64,000 nucleotides of DNA. It comes from an uncultured Rivularia sp. Its GTDB lineage: Bacteria; Cyanobacteriota; Cyanobacteriia; Cyanobacteriales; Nostocaceae. This document shows, in pieces, positions 63,344 through 64,000 of the stretch (position 1 is the stretch's first letter; the number at the start of each line of letters is the position of its first letter). Position numbers and translations under genes: made by a program. Below the pieces are notes generated by a model. That model did not search any database and was not told the DNA's origin. It saw only the letters and a program-made list of their open reading frames with translations. Where the stretch lies: positions 7,168,001 to 7,232,000 of the forward strand of contig OY762007.1 of the NCBI GenBank assembly GCA_963665115.1, written 5' to 3'.

Positions 63344-63997
63344 TCATCCTAATAGCTCATCAACTTCGACGCTAAAACCATTTAGCAGCCTTTGAGTATA
63401 AACAATATCTCCAGAGCCAAATATAAGCTTTTGATTTTCGGTAATTATAATAACCCAACGATTTTCGGGGAAAATTAACCAAACTTCTTCGCTACCGGAG
63501 CGTAAGTACTCGTGAGACTTGGCGATTAATTCTTCGGCTAAGTCGGCAGGAGAAGCTACTTCGGCGATTAATGGAAAACTTTGGGGAAATACTTCTAAAT
63601 CGCCAAAATGCTCTGCTAACTGCGGCGTGATATATGCAACGTCTGGCGATCGCCCTTGAATTTTTGTGCGGCAAGGTACGTGATTGTACACTTCTCCACC
63701 TTGCCCGCTGCTGTCTTTATAGCTTCTCCAATGATAGTAAAGATTCCCTAAAATCCTTCTTTGTTTGAGCGTTAAAACCCTTTGTTCGCCTAATTCTTCA
63801 TTTACCCATTCGATTTCATAGGGTTCATCAACATCTTGATATAATTCATTAATTTTATCAAAAGGTTCTGATTTATCTCCAGAGTTTTGCATCCAATCTA
63901 CTTCTAAAATATCTTCTGAAATTTCTGCATCTTTAAGTGGATTATTAATCCATTCTTCTAATGAAAAGCTGGATGGAACTGCTGTAGAATCTTTCAT
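63344..63997 (-). CDS. Uma2 family endonuclease with acidic N-terminal insertion (at window edge)
   Basis: GRSPDVAY, IAEVASP and EYLRSGSEEVWL motifs. Confidence 0.85.
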   Translation of the reverse strand: MKDSTAVPSSFSLEEWINNPLKDAEISEDILEVDWMQNSGDKSEPFDKINELYQDVDEPYEIEWVNEELGEQRVLTLKQRRILGNLYYHWRSYKDSSGQGGEVYNHVPCRTKIQGRSPDVAYITPQLAEHFGDLEVFPQSFPLIAEVASPADLAEELIAKSHEYLRSGSEEVWLIFPENRWVIIITENQKLIFGSGDIVYTQRLLNGFSVEVDELLG

Positions 63998-64000
63998 TTA

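Larger units (their letters stand above)
3429..63653. repeat. HIP1 octamer GCGATCGC, dispersed
   Basis: Seen at 3429, 5649, 9184, 11862, 14595, 20221, 25999, 29633, 30500, 34273, 40727, 41918, 44827, 50516, 53191, 60211 and 63646. Confidence 0.95.

Noticed and set aside
3752..63674. Many short ORFs overlapping or antisense to confident genes (e.g. 3752, 4926, 5338, 10096, 10591, 12103, 17970, 27942, 33987, 40660, 55849, 56970, 59781, 63492)
   Set aside because: Shadow frames of well-supported genes with no independent evidence.

Overview
Chromosomal window from an AT-rich filamentous cyanobacterium, probably a heterocystous Nostocales (inferred from at least 17 HIP1 GCGATCGC sites, heptamer STRR repeats, an InvB-type invertase, psbZ, psb35, chlH and the des genes). 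Core genes: psb35, rsmB, invB, cvrA/bciB, a desC-desA-desB cluster with convergent desD, a ProA paralog, tRNA-Gly(GCC), ribH, psbZ, chlH, an lpxB-like gene, an M23 peptidase, a CYP110-type P450, a Wzm/Wzt glycan cluster and a cruP-like gene. About ten frameshifts sit in homopolymer runs (three in chlH) and are most likely assembly errors. Most interesting accessory signals: (1) a PspA/Vipp1-like protein with two inserted glycine-zipper modules, next to a small gene made of one such module; (2) a 355-aa hypothetical protein with a cryptic phycobiliprotein-like domain that keeps the C-x-R-D bilin motif; (3) a TRADD-N-like/HTH/pentapeptide gene containing about 14 near-identical 31-32 aa repeats, divergent from a TRADD-associated TM gene; (4) a hairpin-bounded tandem duplication whose protein copies have diverged far more than their promoters; (5) a toxin-antitoxin cluster where toxins are deleted or broken but antitoxins and operators persist, with a candidate sRNA; (6) a dynamin-KGK-KGK-HNH operon. 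All family assignments come from motif recognition by eye; no searches were run.
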